Shown piece by piece: positions 22,261 to 34,209 of a DNA stretch of 64,000 nt. The position numbers were made by a program, and so were the translations under genes. The notes beneath the pieces were generated by a model. That model saw nothing but the letters and a program-made list of their open reading frames with translations. It was not told the DNA's origin and did no database searches. The stretch covers positions 806,001 to 870,000 of the forward strand of contig NW_026515671.1 of assembly GCF_025526975.1 (NCBI RefSeq), written 5' to 3'. Each line of letters begins with the position of its first letter. Within the stretch, counting starts at the first letter, position 1. Origin of the DNA: Fimicolochytrium jonesii (lineage: Eukaryota).

Positions 22261-23304
22261 ACACCGACATGCATTCCGCTCGAACTGGAGCGGTGATAAA
22301 CGGACAGCCGACCCCCTTGTCGGTCATGGACGGGTCTGAGGGTGCCCGCATAAATCTGCTTACCTCCGCAACCGTTTCCGCCGTGGCAGCCAGTGTGACC
22401 GACCGATTCGCGGACCCTGCTGGTTCATCAGTGCCCCCTTTGCATTACGCCTCGTTGTCTCGAGGCATCGCCGATCTGGGTTCACTCGTCCCGTTTCGGT
22501 TCATTTCGAGAAGCCTCTGCGGCGTATCAAATTGATCCACTGGTCGTCCGGGAGGCGAAACACCTATGTTAAGGCCATTTGTCACTAGGCAAACAAGACA
22601 CCCCCATACACTCAATATACCCTAGAGAGACCCCATCCTGCACCTTTCTATCAGTTGGGATGAGAGTTGCTCTTTCAATTCACCTGTCAACTGATATGCG
22701 GATATTGAATGAGGTTTTGCGGAAACGCAAAATATATAGTAGATCAGCGACTGATACAATGCAGCTTCAGTGTGCTTTCTGTTGCGGCCGTATCCTTATT
22801 CAATCTGAGCATACTGCTCGGCCTCCATGCTTTTTGTTTGCCCTCGGTAACTAGCTGTATGTTTGATCGAAGACAAGCTTCGTCCCACTTTGTGAAGACT
22901 CGAAGTTCCAAAAAGACTGGAATTTGTGAGCAGTTGGAAACGCGTTATCGACGCGTTTTGCAAGATTTCAGACCCACAGCCGAGGCTAGTGATATATCGA
23001 AAATCAATTGGACGAGAAGATCAGTACAGGCTTTTTCGTTGGGCAATAGTGGAAGTTGCCAATTCACGATCAATTTTGACTTTTTGACTTTGAAAAGGAA
23101 AGCAGAAAACTGTACTGCGAACGATGGCAATGTAACCGCTACGGGCCTAAAGACTGGTAGCGACGATTGATGCAGGTAATTTCAGGCCAAAAGTATGATT
23201 GCATGAATAGCGACCGATGGATATATGCAGACATGGTATACAAAAAGAAGAAAGATACCCGAAGCTCCTTCGCCGACAGGCGAGCAAACCCAATGAATGG
23301 AAGA

Positions 23305-25005
23305 TCACGAATCGGACGGCAACCGTCCTTCCTGTTTCCAAACGCTGCACTCTAGGTCCGAGGGAACCATAGCCAACGCATCGTGAAGAGGCGGAAGACT
23401 GAACGCGTGACTTTGCCGGCCTGGTTGGCCGGTGTGGTCGAGAACGAGGCTGCCCAATTTCAACGCAGGAGCAGAAGCATTGTGATGACTCTCGGGCGCC
23501 CAGCGCCATGGTGAGTTTACGGTTTGCGCTCCATGCGGTGTGATGTGCAAATGTCGATGTTGTGGTGGATGGTATAATGCGTCGAGCGATGCTTTCCGAA
23601 CTTGCTGCGGATATTCCCGGTGGGTATGCTGATGTGATGATAAATGGCCGGGACGTTCCTGTGAGCCGGGAGGAGGGGAATTGGAATACCCAGAGTCTCG
23701 GCGAGGGTGTATCATTTGGCCATCTTGCACATGCTTGACCTACGGGTAAGTGGTGCGTCAATATCACCTTCAACGCCGGCATGGTCATAGATAAACGGAG
23801 AGTATACCATTGCGACATCAGAGTCTGAGGACTCATACCCTTGCACACCATGCATAGGAATGTAGTTGGCCAACGGCTGATGGAAGGATGATTCAGCACT
23901 ACTGAGGCGTCGAGCGGCAGCAGAGGGTACAATTGGCGACGGCAGCCGTCTATTCCAAAGTTCCGCACGGGCAGGCTGATCCCTGGCGGTGTCGATGATA
24001 CCATGTGCAACCATTCTTCTTTTTTGGACACGATATACTCTGCCCTCCTCGTTGTCAAAGCCCAACGATTCTTGCGAGGCTTCGAATTTCATGACCGGAG
24101 AGTTCGGGTGCGACTGGCAGTTTTCGAGAAGAGCGGTGCATAGGCTGGACAAGATGTCCAGCTTATCCCAGCCTTCTCTTTCACCATGCATGGAGGGCGC
24201 AGAAGCAACAGTGGAACTTCCATTCAAAGACTCGTCAGTCATGGAGTCCCCGTCGTCGCTCATGTTACATGAGTTATCCTCCGTCTTGTCAATGTCATCA
24301 TCCGAGTTGGAGGTCGCCAGCGACTCCGCATCGTCTATGTCTTGCGAGTACGAATCGTTTTGCGATAACGGGGCCTGGTATTGCTGGGATCTTACCCCCT
24401 TCCGTTGGCGGGGTTTCCTAACAGCGACTTCTGACTCCTCTGTTTCCGAGCGTTGTCGCCTATGGTTGGAAGATTTCCGATAACCTGCCTCGCTCGGAGA
24501 CTTCAAGGAGGTCGTGTCGGTTCCTTCCTCATCCCCGTCCTTGCAGCGTTTGTAGGGTCCACGGCTGACCCCTTTCTTGCGTTCCTTGCGTAAGGAATCG
24601 TGGCATGAATCCTCGATGCCGTATTTTACGCAACGAGGGCACGGTCGCACTGTCTCACATTTCTTGCAAGCCTTTTGGCAGTTTACTATAGGACAAAAAA
24701 GTACAGTGAGATTCATCTGTGCGATCAAGAGAGCTGAATGCCCACTATCCCAGCAGGCACCGCCGCTTACCACAAGCATTCTTCACTTGCTTCCTCTTCT
24801 TCGGCCACTCCTCTTCTTTGCTGGCAGCGGAGTTTCTTGATTGATCAGTCACGGTGCTCTGGCGCCGCTTTACTGATCGCGTAGAATGATGGGACGTTGA
24901 GCAAAGGTCGGATGTGTTGCTAAGCGTCGAGTTTTCTTTCTTGACTTCAGGGGACGACCGGCTGGAACGCTTCCTGGAACGACGGACGGTGGCATCGGGG
25001 GACAT
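23305..25005 (-). CDS. Zn(II)2Cys6 binuclear-cluster transcription factor (introns 24770-24686 and 23807-23740)
   Basis: Spliced KRKQVKNACVNCQKACKKCETVRPCPRCVKYGIEDSC..RKERKKGVSRGPYKR. The second intron joins ORF 23305..23730 in frame. Confidence 0.9.
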
Positions 25006-27966
25006 GATTTGTGCAAAAATCCGCGACAATGGATGGGAAATGGAGACCTGGAACGAAAGAAATGTGTGAAGATCATGGATCAAGACTGTGTATAGGCCAA
25101 TAGAGGCGAGTGCGCGGGGATTGACTGATAGGTGGGACGGGGCGCAACACTTTTCAAACTTACGCTTTGCCGGCTGTGTGTTGCAATAACTTCAGGCTCC
25201 GATCGTACTTGCCAGGAAGAAGTCGGGATTATGTTTGCGGATTTGAATCTGAAGATTAGAGAGGAAGGGTCCGCAATGGTATCAGAGAGGAAGTCAAAGC
25301 AGTGAATACCGCTACCCTTCAGAAGCGCACGTTACCCTCGTTTAGTGCACGGAAAGAGTAATGCGGCTTGTCGGAGTGTCAATTCGCGAGAGTCCCGTCC
25401 CGTTAATGATAATTTCCAATAGTCCCACGCGACAGTAGTTTTTAGGCTTGCGTCAGAATCTTGCGAAGGAGAAGCAGGGCTTCGAAGAAGGGAGAATTTA
25501 CGACTTCTAAGAGAGAGGGGCGATTTGTTTATGTTTAAGCTCAATGGATGCCTTCATAGGAAAGAGGGCTTGGAACGGATGTATAGAAGCCCATCGTTCC
25601 TTTTGCGCCTGAAAGCGTGCCCGAGGCCTTTAAAGGACAGCAATCGATACCTGCGTATGCTTCTTTTCCTTGACCCTGTTGAAAAACGGCGGTTCGGTGA
25701 CTCGGGGTGACTAGGCAAGGCACGTAAATCACGCAAGAAACTGGTAGTTGGGCGACGAGTATGGAGCGTGGCTTCGTGTGGAGAGAGTTGGCTGGAGCAG
25801 CGTAAGGCTTCGTTTACAGCGAGTTTGCGCGTCTCGCGAGCGGAGGAGCGACAGCAGGCGACGTCTATATTTATTGGAGGAAGCGACGCTGGTGTCTGCC
25901 GGTATATGAAGGATGTACTGCGGGGATGGCCTGGGCTGAAGGTTTTTGAAGGGGAACGCGGAGGTCTGGTCCTCAACCAAACGGAGTTTGAATTCAGGGC
26001 CCGCTGAGAGCTCGACTGGATCTGGAGGCGTTATTGGGGATGTGCCCGGAGAGGCGGAACTGCAGAGCTCACAAAGCCACCCAACTTGAACGTCCGGTTA
26101 CATGGACGTTACATTACAGCTAACTCGAAAGGTTGATTGAACGTGAAAATTGCAGTGATGTGGCCTGCATGTCACGGTGGTCACTCCGACTGGACTGGGT
26201 CACCTTGCATTGGTGTACCGAATCTAATATCTATGAACTTCAATTCAAGTTCACATTCGCGCTGTGCTCTGTTGGCGACGGGGATGTCTTTGTGGAACAA
26301 TCTGACGAGGGGCATAAAGCGACTCCGAGGACACGCAAGGCGGGCGCCTCCCTCCTCGCCTCTTTTTCAGGGGCAGTCATCAGGACTGCATTCCGATCCA
26401 ACTCCGACAGTCAGCCAGGGTTTGACCGGCTTGCGGGCGATACATGCACAGTTGTACAATCATCACTCGTAACCTACCTGTGCAGGTGCATGTTGAGCAG
26501 CCACAACAGACGCACAGATGATATTAGATTGATGAGTATCCAGAAGGGATGGGCAACACGATTTCTTTGCAAGGCGAATCTGTCCACATGGGCAGGACCA
26601 TGTGCATTTGAAAGCATTGGCTTAAATGAGATCCAAGTTGAACAGTTGGCTACGTTCCTAAGTGCATATATATTATACAGACTCCGACTCGATGGAAAAC
26701 CGTCCGGTGCGCTTTTTTTTGGCAGACTTCCTTGCAGCCAGGATAATACTGTATTTGAACAAATGAACACAACTTGTAATGAATCGTTGATTATTGGCAG
26801 GTGCCAGTGGCTCAGAGGACCAGATGTACTGTATGTAGTACCACTACGCGTGACCCTGGTCCCTGACAAGTAACGTCCCCGCTGGTGCGGCATGGCAGAA
26901 CCATCGCACCGCATTGACAATGCTCGACATGAGCCGTTGCCGCCTATATATGAGATGGATGACTTGCGCCTCCAGAGGACCAGAGGAAATCAATAGGACT
27001 CAATCATGGATGCCCTGCCATCATTGTGGCCATCGCCGCCCTTTCCGGCGTCCGCGGCGGAATCTTGAAAGCTGATAGAATATATATGCGGTACTTCCGA
27101 CGCGTTGCTCGAACATGACAGTGTTTTCTGTGCAACGACATGACCCTTCTACGGCAACAACCCACACACAACTCATTTGCGAAACTCCGCTCGCGCAGAT
27201 CCGGGCGGTAATGCTTTGCGCAGTACCATAAACTCGCGGACTTCGACTTTTCGTCGAACTCCAACGTTTTGCAATCCCTGTTCATTTTCCGAGTTTGTTC
27301 GGTGCGTTTGAGGCGGACTACTTGTAGATGGGTCTGAGATTGCGAGTTGCTCAGAGTACATACGCACATACAGTCATGGGGGGTCCAATAAAGCTGTGCC
27401 CCTTCTTGAAATAATCACCGGCTGCCACAACGCCAAAATTCACGTGAGTGACCGACATTGATTTCAATTGGAGGGGGGGCACAGCTTCATGGACCCTGAC
27501 TGTAAATTCGGCTCCGCTGCAAGACAGATCTCGTAAAATCTAATACATGTACTGCATGTATAGCCTCAACTCTGATGGAAAATGGCGCCTGAGTATAACA
27601 TTGGGTTGACAGGAGAAGCCACACTGTCGAATTCCCCTCTTTCTTGAAACGGCAAGGAGCTTGCGGCGCGGATCCCTTGCGCAGCAGCACAGACGCGCTC
27701 AACGAAATCGATGCGTCATGCCGCACGGGGGCGTCAGAGTGATGATGAGCCTGTTCCTTGGCTTTTGCCAATGTATGGCTGTGGGCTTTTTGCATTTCCC
27801 AGTTCGCAAAACAGAAGGGGCCCAGCGCAACCCCCACCAACCCGCCCAGATAAAAGGAAGGAAAGAGACCGAGAACTCCGCTGCATTCCTCAACAAACGA
27901 AAACTTCCCCACGCAACATTTCGCCATTCCCACAGCTTTACGCACCCAAGCAACAACGTCGCAACA

Positions 27967-28761
27967 ATGAAGGTCACTGCTGCTCTCGCTGTCCTCGCCA
28001 CCGGCGCCGTCGCTGTCAGCGCTCAAGCTGCCTCCCCTTTCAACCCTGCTACTAGCGCGGCCTGCCAGCAAAGTCTGCAGACTCAGCTTATCGGCGGTGA
28101 ATGGACAACGTCCTGCGGTCTTGCCGAAGGTATCGCCGCCGGCGTTGGTGCTGCCCTCAGCGGCAACATCACCGCTACCACTGCGATGGCCGTTTTGGAC
28201 AAGACTCTCACTCAGGCGAACCTCGACAAGATGTGCGCTGACGCTTGCAACACCGCGCTCACCACGTTCGGCCAGACTGTAACTCAAGCTTGCGGTACGA
28301 CTCCCATCCTGAACCCTGCCGTTGCCAACGGCCTCGGATCGGACCCCACTGTCCAGAAGATCATCACTTCCCTTCAGGCCGGAGATATCGCGGCGGTCAT
28401 TCAATATCTTCGCCCCGGTGTCTGCGTCAAAGACGCCAACCAGTACTGTGCTCTGACCCAGTACCAAGCTTACAAGAGCAACCCTGCATCCCTGAACAAC
28501 AGCTGTACCCCCTGTATCCAGAAGCAATACACAGCCGTCCAAAACACCGCCTCTCTTCCGGCCTCCATCAAGCCGGTCGTCGACCAGGGGCTCGCAACCG
28601 TCAAGTCCACCCTCGACGCCTGCCCCGCTGGAAGCACTACCGGCTCTGGCTCAAACTCCAACTCTACAACCGCCGCCGGAGCTAACTCTGGATCCCTTCG
28701 TGTTGCTGGTTCCGTTGCCGTAGGCCTTCTCGCCGGCGCTGTGTCGTTCGTCTTGGCGTAA
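27967..28761 (+). CDS. Secreted, probably GPI-anchored Cys-containing protein of unknown function
   Basis: Signal peptide MKVTAALAVLATGAVAVSA, 10 Cys, an S/T/G linker and hydrophobic C-terminus VAVGLLAGAVSFVLA. Strong C-ending codon bias. Confidence 0.85.
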   Translation: MKVTAALAVLATGAVAVSAQAASPFNPATSAACQQSLQTQLIGGEWTTSCGLAEGIAAGVGAALSGNITATTAMAVLDKTLTQANLDKMCADACNTALTTFGQTVTQACGTTPILNPAVANGLGSDPTVQKIITSLQAGDIAAVIQYLRPGVCVKDANQYCALTQYQAYKSNPASLNNSCTPCIQKQYTAVQNTASLPASIKPVVDQGLATVKSTLDACPAGSTTGSGSNSNSTTAAGANSGSLRVAGSVAVGLLAGAVSFVLA

Positions 28762-28971
28762 ATCCCTTGTAATACATTACACTACATACAGCATTTTGTA
28801 AATTAGGAGATCTTGAACCAACTTTCTGGTGTACATCTAAACTCAAATACATTTGCGTGACTATTTTGGAAGTATTTGGGGTTCTTTGAAAGTCAGAAAG
28901 TTTGGTATGAGATACCCCCTCGCTCCTGGAGTTGAGCGGAGCATCTCGACAGCATGGAAAAGCGGCGTACA

Positions 28972-29150
28972 GTAGGCTGCCAGATATCTGGTTACGACGC
29001 CCCAAGGACACACCATTCCGAGCATAGCCACCGGCTCAAGTTGCCGACCCCCATGCAAACCCTTTCAGCACGACCGCTATAGCCCACGGCAAGACTGACA
29101 GCCGGCCGGTGACTTCTGGGTCCGTCGTAACGAGATATCTGGCAGCCTAC
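28972..29150. repeat. 28-bp inverted repeat (27/28 match) with a 123-bp spacer; MITE-like or hairpin
   Basis: Arm 28972-28999 is gtaggctgccagatatctggttacgacg. Arm 29123-29150 is its reverse complement with one mismatch. Confidence 0.8.
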
Positions 29151-29495
29151 GACCACCGCCTCCTCTTTCTGGGGAAAGTGCTTAGCGCAGTCGCATTGAC
29201 CAATGCGACGGCATCCGATTTTGACAGCGTGACGCTGGAAAACGCCCAAAGGACCGATTTAAAGTCGTGGGGAAAAAGAGGAATCATCATTCAAAAATGA
29301 ACAGAAAAGAAACAAAATCCATGAGTATATTGTACAATTCCGGGTCGGGTGGAGCTCTCTCCATATCTAGGTCCGAAGTCCGGTGCAAGTATCTATCTAC
29401 AGTTTTCACAATCTATATACAACATCCGAAAAAAAACTAAGCCAATTCGTTGTGTGTCCGTGTGTACTACGCCGTACTCTCAAATCCCCGCTCGT

Positions 29496-31340
29496 CTAGT
29501 ATCCGTACTTCTTCCTGTGCGCCATCTTGGCCTGTTCGGCGGCCTTCGCTTGGTCATACCGGTTTTGATTGTGCTGGTTGTACTTGTTCTGTTCTGCAGC
29601 GGCGGTTGTTGCAGAGGCTTGGACGGTGACGGTTTGGGTCATCTCGACGGTTTTCACCATCTCAACGGTTTTCACCATCTCGACAGTTTGCGTGACGGCG
29701 GCAGCGCTTTCGGTCTTGGTCTCGGTCATGGTGTGCGTGACGGTGGCTTGCGCGGCGCTGACGGTCTGGAGGGCAGTCTGGGTCACGGTCTGGGCAGCGG
29801 CGCTCTCGGTCTTAGTCTCGGTCATGGTGTGCGTGACTGTGGCTTGCGCGGCGCTGACGGTCTGGAGGGCAGTCTGGGTCACGGTCTGGGCAGCGGCGCT
29901 CTCGGTCTTGGTCTCGGTCATGGTGTGAGTGACTGTCGCTTGCGCGGCGCTGACAGTCTCGAGGGCAGTCTGTGTGACGGTGAGGGCAGCGGCGCTCTCG
30001 GTTTTGGTCTCGGTCATGGTGTGCGTGACTGTGGCTTGCGCGGCGCTAACAGTCTGGAGGGCAGTCTGGGTGACGGTGAGGGCCGCGGCGCTCTCGGTTT
30101 TGGTCTCAGTCATGGTGTGCGTGACTGTCTTCGCACCGGCGGCAGCAGTTTCCGTCTTTGTCTCAGTCATAGTGTGCGTAACCGTCGCTGCAGCCGCATT
30201 GGCGGTCTCCGTCTTGGTCTCGGTCATCGTGTGGGTAACCGTTGCTGCTGCGACGTTCGCAGATTCCGTCTTGGTCTCGGTCATGGTATGCGTAACTGTT
30301 TGGGCATCAGCGGCAGCGGTTTCGGTCTGGGTGACGGTCTGGGCTTCGGCAGTCTGAGTGATCGTCTCGGGGGCGACGCTAGCAGCGGCTTCGGTCTTGG
30401 TCTCGGTCATTGTGTGGGTAACTGTCTCGGTAGCTCCCATTCCCATTCCCCTGTCGCCGCCGACGGTCTTGGTCTCGGTCTCGGTCATGGTGTGGGTGAC
30501 GGTTTCCGTGGCTAGTGCCTTGTCGCCGCCGACAGTGGTGGTCTCGATCATCGTGTGGGTAACGGTTTCAGTGGCGGCTGCGTTTGCGCCGTTGTTGACG
30601 GTCTCGGTAGTTGTCACGGTCTCTGTCGCGCCTCCCGAGCCACCATAGCCACCATAGCCACCATTTCCATGACCATTCCCACTTCCATTGCTGCCAACGG
30701 TCGTAGTTTCGGTAACTGTGGCGGCGGCAGCGCATGAGGCCGCAGAGTTGACATTGGATGAGTCGGCGGTAGTAGATGCCGCTTGGTTGGCGACGAAGGT
30801 GGTTTGGGTGGCAACACTTGGGTCGGCGAGAAACGTGACGGTAACAACATCTCCGGACACACCTGCCGAAGCGGACGCTGTGAAGGTTGCGTCTGTGACG
30901 CCTCCGAATGTAGCGGTGGTCTGGTCGCCAGAGAAGGTAGCAGTTGTGATGGCAGCTGAAGCAGATTCGGTAGCAGTTGTGATGGCAGCAGACGCAGATT
31001 CAGAGTTGACAGCCACAACCTCCACGGCCGCGGATGTCGCACTAGCAGATGCGTCGGTGGAAGACGTGGAAGAAGCCGCGGTGGAATCAGCGTTGGCAAC
31101 TACTTCGACGCCTCCGGTAGCGGCCGTGGTAGCAGATGGAGTTGAGCTTTGGCTTGAAACGTTCGGTGCGCCAACGTCGACGATCTCAACGCCAGAACCA
31201 GAGGACTGGATCTGCTGAGCTTGGCTAGCCACGTTGTTCGATGGGTAGTCCGATGGTGGAACGCCGATGAGCGGGGCGCCGAAGGATGTAGATAGCGATG
31301 CCAGCGTCGCCGCGGCGGCAAAGAGGAATGCTGAGCGCAT
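29496..31340 (-). CDS. Secreted Thr/Ala-rich tandem-repeat protein (adhesin/cell-wall-like), 614 aa
   Basis: Signal peptide MRSAFLFAAAATLASLSTSFG, 11 TVTHTM repeats and a basic non-GPI C-terminus HRKKYGY. A TATA box lies upstream. Confidence 0.88.
   Translation of the reverse strand: MRSAFLFAAAATLASLSTSFGAPLIGVPPSDYPSNNVASQAQQIQSSGSGVEIVDVGAPNVSSQSSTPSATTAATGGVEVVANADSTAASSTSSTDASASATSAAVEVVAVNSESASAAITTATESASAAITTATFSGDQTTATFGGVTDATFTASASAGVSGDVVTVTFLADPSVATQTTFVANQAASTTADSSNVNSAASCAAAATVTETTTVGSNGSGNGHGNGGYGGYGGSGGATETVTTTETVNNGANAAATETVTHTMIETTTVGGDKALATETVTHTMTETETKTVGGDRGMGMGATETVTHTMTETKTEAAASVAPETITQTAEAQTVTQTETAAADAQTVTHTMTETKTESANVAAATVTHTMTETKTETANAAAATVTHTMTETKTETAAAGAKTVTHTMTETKTESAAALTVTQTALQTVSAAQATVTHTMTETKTESAAALTVTQTALETVSAAQATVTHTMTETKTESAAAQTVTQTALQTVSAAQATVTHTMTETKTESAAAQTVTQTALQTVSAAQATVTHTMTETKTESAAAVTQTVEMVKTVEMVKTVEMTQTVTVQASATTAAAEQNKYNQHNQNRYDQAKAAEQAKMAHRKKYGY
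29700..30565 (-). repeat. Coding tandem array: 96-bp (32-aa) units at about 29700-30125, with shorter, more diverged units beyond
   Basis: The anchor ctc(g/a)gtcatggtgtg recurs at 29721, 29817, 29913, 30009 and 30105, an exact 96-bp period. Confidence 0.92.
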
Positions 31341-31485
31341 TTTAGTCTGACTGTGCTTCGGGAACTAGCGCTGTGAGCAGGAGAAGACGGTTGAACTTGG
31401 TATGTAAAGAACGAAGAAAGAGGGTCGTTCGAGAAAGGATAGTCTTGCTGAGCGTGAGCAGAGGACGGACGAGAAACCCGGCAGC

Positions 31486-31492
31486 TTATATA
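31486..31492 (-). promoter_or_regulatory. TATA box (TATATAA) of the Thr-rich repeat gene
   Basis: Canonical motif about 150 bp upstream of the ATG at 31340. Confidence 0.6.
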
Positions 31493-33184
31493 CGATTCAG
31501 AATCAGGCGGTGGGAAAGCTCCGTGGGAATATGGGAATCTGGGAGGCACGAAACCAAGGAGGCGTTTTGAGAATGCAGCTGGGCCAGAACGCTATTACGA
31601 CGGGCTCGCCAATTGGTGGATAGCGAGCACAGCCGTCCGTTGAAGTTCCATACGTTACGTACATATGCAAGTGCCACCGCCATCGCATCCCCAGCGCCGC
31701 TTGCCGGCCACCACCGCTTGTTGAGTCTTGTTTCAAACAACAGACATGGGTGGGTCGAGTGGGAAGCCTGCTGTGGCGAAACGGGGGCGAAAGAGAAGAC
31801 TGGCCATTTTCGAATTAAGACGGGGTGATGGTGACTTCGGAGTTTCAGGGCAGAATTAACGCGTTTCAAGGACCCCGTGCTGTCACTTGCTGTCAATTGC
31901 AGACTCGGTGACGAACTTGGGGCGATCCGCACAAACCCCATACAAGATCCTACGGGGATCCCGAATTCAACGGTTATTGTTTTTCGAGACTGCTTCAAGC
32001 AAGCTGCGATTCTCATATGGAAATTGGGGCTGAATGAGACATGGAAGACAATCGCAGACAATCGTCAAGCGACAAGTGTCCATATACTGTAAGATAGACT
32101 TGGGGGTCCCAGGCCCCTTTCGGATCCTCCCGAGACTGCGTGCGAGGAGTGTATTCGATCTAGCTCCCTACATTACAGCGGGATCTGATAGCCCGCGCCG
32201 GAGCTCTCAGCATCCCGTGTACCCAAGGACGGAACATTCTGCATGTGCGCCCAAACTCCGTATCGAATCTGGTCAAGTGGGTGGGAACACAGTCGACGCT
32301 CCCACACAGGGCCATGAGCTTTACTAAGCTTCTTCACCGATGCTTCGGAAAATGATTCGAAGTGAAGAAGGACTTCGAGCTTGCGTTCGAGAATCTGCGC
32401 TGTAATGTCCAACATCACGTATGCATATTTGTGAGCTAGCTTCCTCCTGCGGCATCACATCCCTCTTTGAGGAGACGTTGATGCAATCACTCTGAGCCAT
32501 AACTTGTGTGGCCATCACATGGGAGAGCTGAGTGATTCATGGCCGTGGGCAGAAATAGATCTATAGAGCTCTTTTGGGTCTCCTCCACTAGACCGTCGGC
32601 ATTCTCCCAAATGACCACTGCATGATTCGACTGCCAAAAAATTTCTGCATGATTGATCTTGAGCTTTGTCCAGATGCACTTGCATACACACTCGGAACTG
32701 TGAGCAGAACAAGACTGCGGAGACACGTCCTCTCATAAGCGATCCCGATAGGACATACGAGGACTTTGTTCAATAGGCGGGGATTTATGAGAGTGTGATT
32801 TCGGAAATCTGACTTCTTCGAATATGGGGTGTAGCGAACATCAAATTCCTTCTCATTGTTCGCCATCTTTATGTCCCACATTCCAGCTTCCAACTGGAAG
32901 ATTATTTGTATAAAGGGGCAACAATCGTGCTCAATAACCTTTAGGAGGCGAACATGCTCCGCCGACGGTGTACTGATTTGCGGCTGTGATCGCCTCTTCT
33001 TTGCCACCCATACCAATTCCGATCGAGCATCCCACACGCCCTCATGATATGTGCGATGCAAAAATACGTGCGCGATACTTTGTATTACTACAAGGAAGGA
33101 AAACGGACCACGCACAGACTGCTTCCTCCACGAATGATGCTAATTCTGCTTTTGCGGCATTACTCTAATCCCATCCGTAATGAT

Positions 33185-34209
33185 CTAGTGACCGTAGGTG
33201 GCCAATTGCTGAGTGACGGTAGAAAGCTCCTTCTCGACCTTCTTGGCAGCTTGGCCGCGAATGCGGAGGAGAGCCCTCTTCTTCTCGTAGTAGGCGTGGC
33301 TCTTAGTCTTACGCTTCTCCTCGAGTCTCTCGACGACGTCCTGGTACTTCCATCCAAACTCGGTGGAGATACGCTTGAGAACGGTGAATTTGCGACCGGG
33401 GGAAAGACGGAGGACACGGAGAGCGGCGGGGACGACCAAACGCTTCTTCTTGTCGAAAGGTGGGGGAACACCCTCGAAGACCTTCAGGCGCTCAAGAGCA
33501 GCAGCTCCACGAGGAGTCTTGTGAGGGATCATTCCACGGACCGTGCGCCAGAAGATACGGGAAGGAGCACGGAAGTGGAAGACACCACGGCTGGGGTTGA
33601 CGACACATCGCTTGCGAAGGAAAGCCATGTACTTCACTGTTGAGGTTTTGATTTTAGCAACTTGATCTCCTCCCGTCTCCCCAAAGTCTTCATAAGCTCT
33701 CCACCCCGATAATTGTTGAACTTACACTTGTTGCGGAAGAAGGGACCGGTGATGTTGATCTCCTCAGCGCGGACAACAACGATCTTCTGTCCGTTCAACA
33801 GCTGCTTGGCGACGATCGAGGCCAGGCGACCCAAGAGGTGACCCTTGCCGTCAATGACGACTTCCTAAATAAGCGGGAAATGGCGAAAACGCCGCGGTGG
33901 AGTGAGTTCGCTGCTCCTCCGGGCATAAATTCTCCCCCTCATTTCGAAGTCTCCCGGAATTCCACCCAATTCGAGCACCTCCACTCCCACAGTTCCTCCC
34001 CTTAACCCCAGCGCCTTCTACCAACTCCGCAGCTGTCGGAGGTACCCTACACTCCGTAGTTGAATCACACCCTCGGTCGCTTCGCTCCTCCGTTCGCTTC
34101 GGCCGCTTCCCACGCCTCGAAAACCAATGCTCTCCCTGCTGCCGACCTAGGTATTTTCGCAACAACAAAAACATCTGGCCCAGGAGCTCACCTTCTGGAA
34201 AGTGGACAT
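33185..34209 (-). CDS. RPL16: 60S ribosomal protein uL13 (L16/L13a); two introns
   Basis: [87 protein letters not shown]. Confidence 0.98.

Noticed and set aside
26133..26873. 246-aa ORF in the long intergenic region
   Set aside because: TTG start, no codon bias, random-looking composition and no domain. Treated as non-coding.
29700..30125. Regular repeats as a possible CRISPR array
   Set aside because: The units are contiguous in-frame coding repeats without unique spacers, in a eukaryotic gene.
27487..30515. Long antisense ORFs 27487..28542 and 29349..30515
   Set aside because: Mirror frames of the codon-biased or repetitive secreted-protein genes.
32173..33115. Several short, somewhat protein-like minus-strand ORFs downstream of RPL16
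   Set aside because: I could not build a consistent spliced model or recognise a family. A decayed gene remains possible and needs a translated search.
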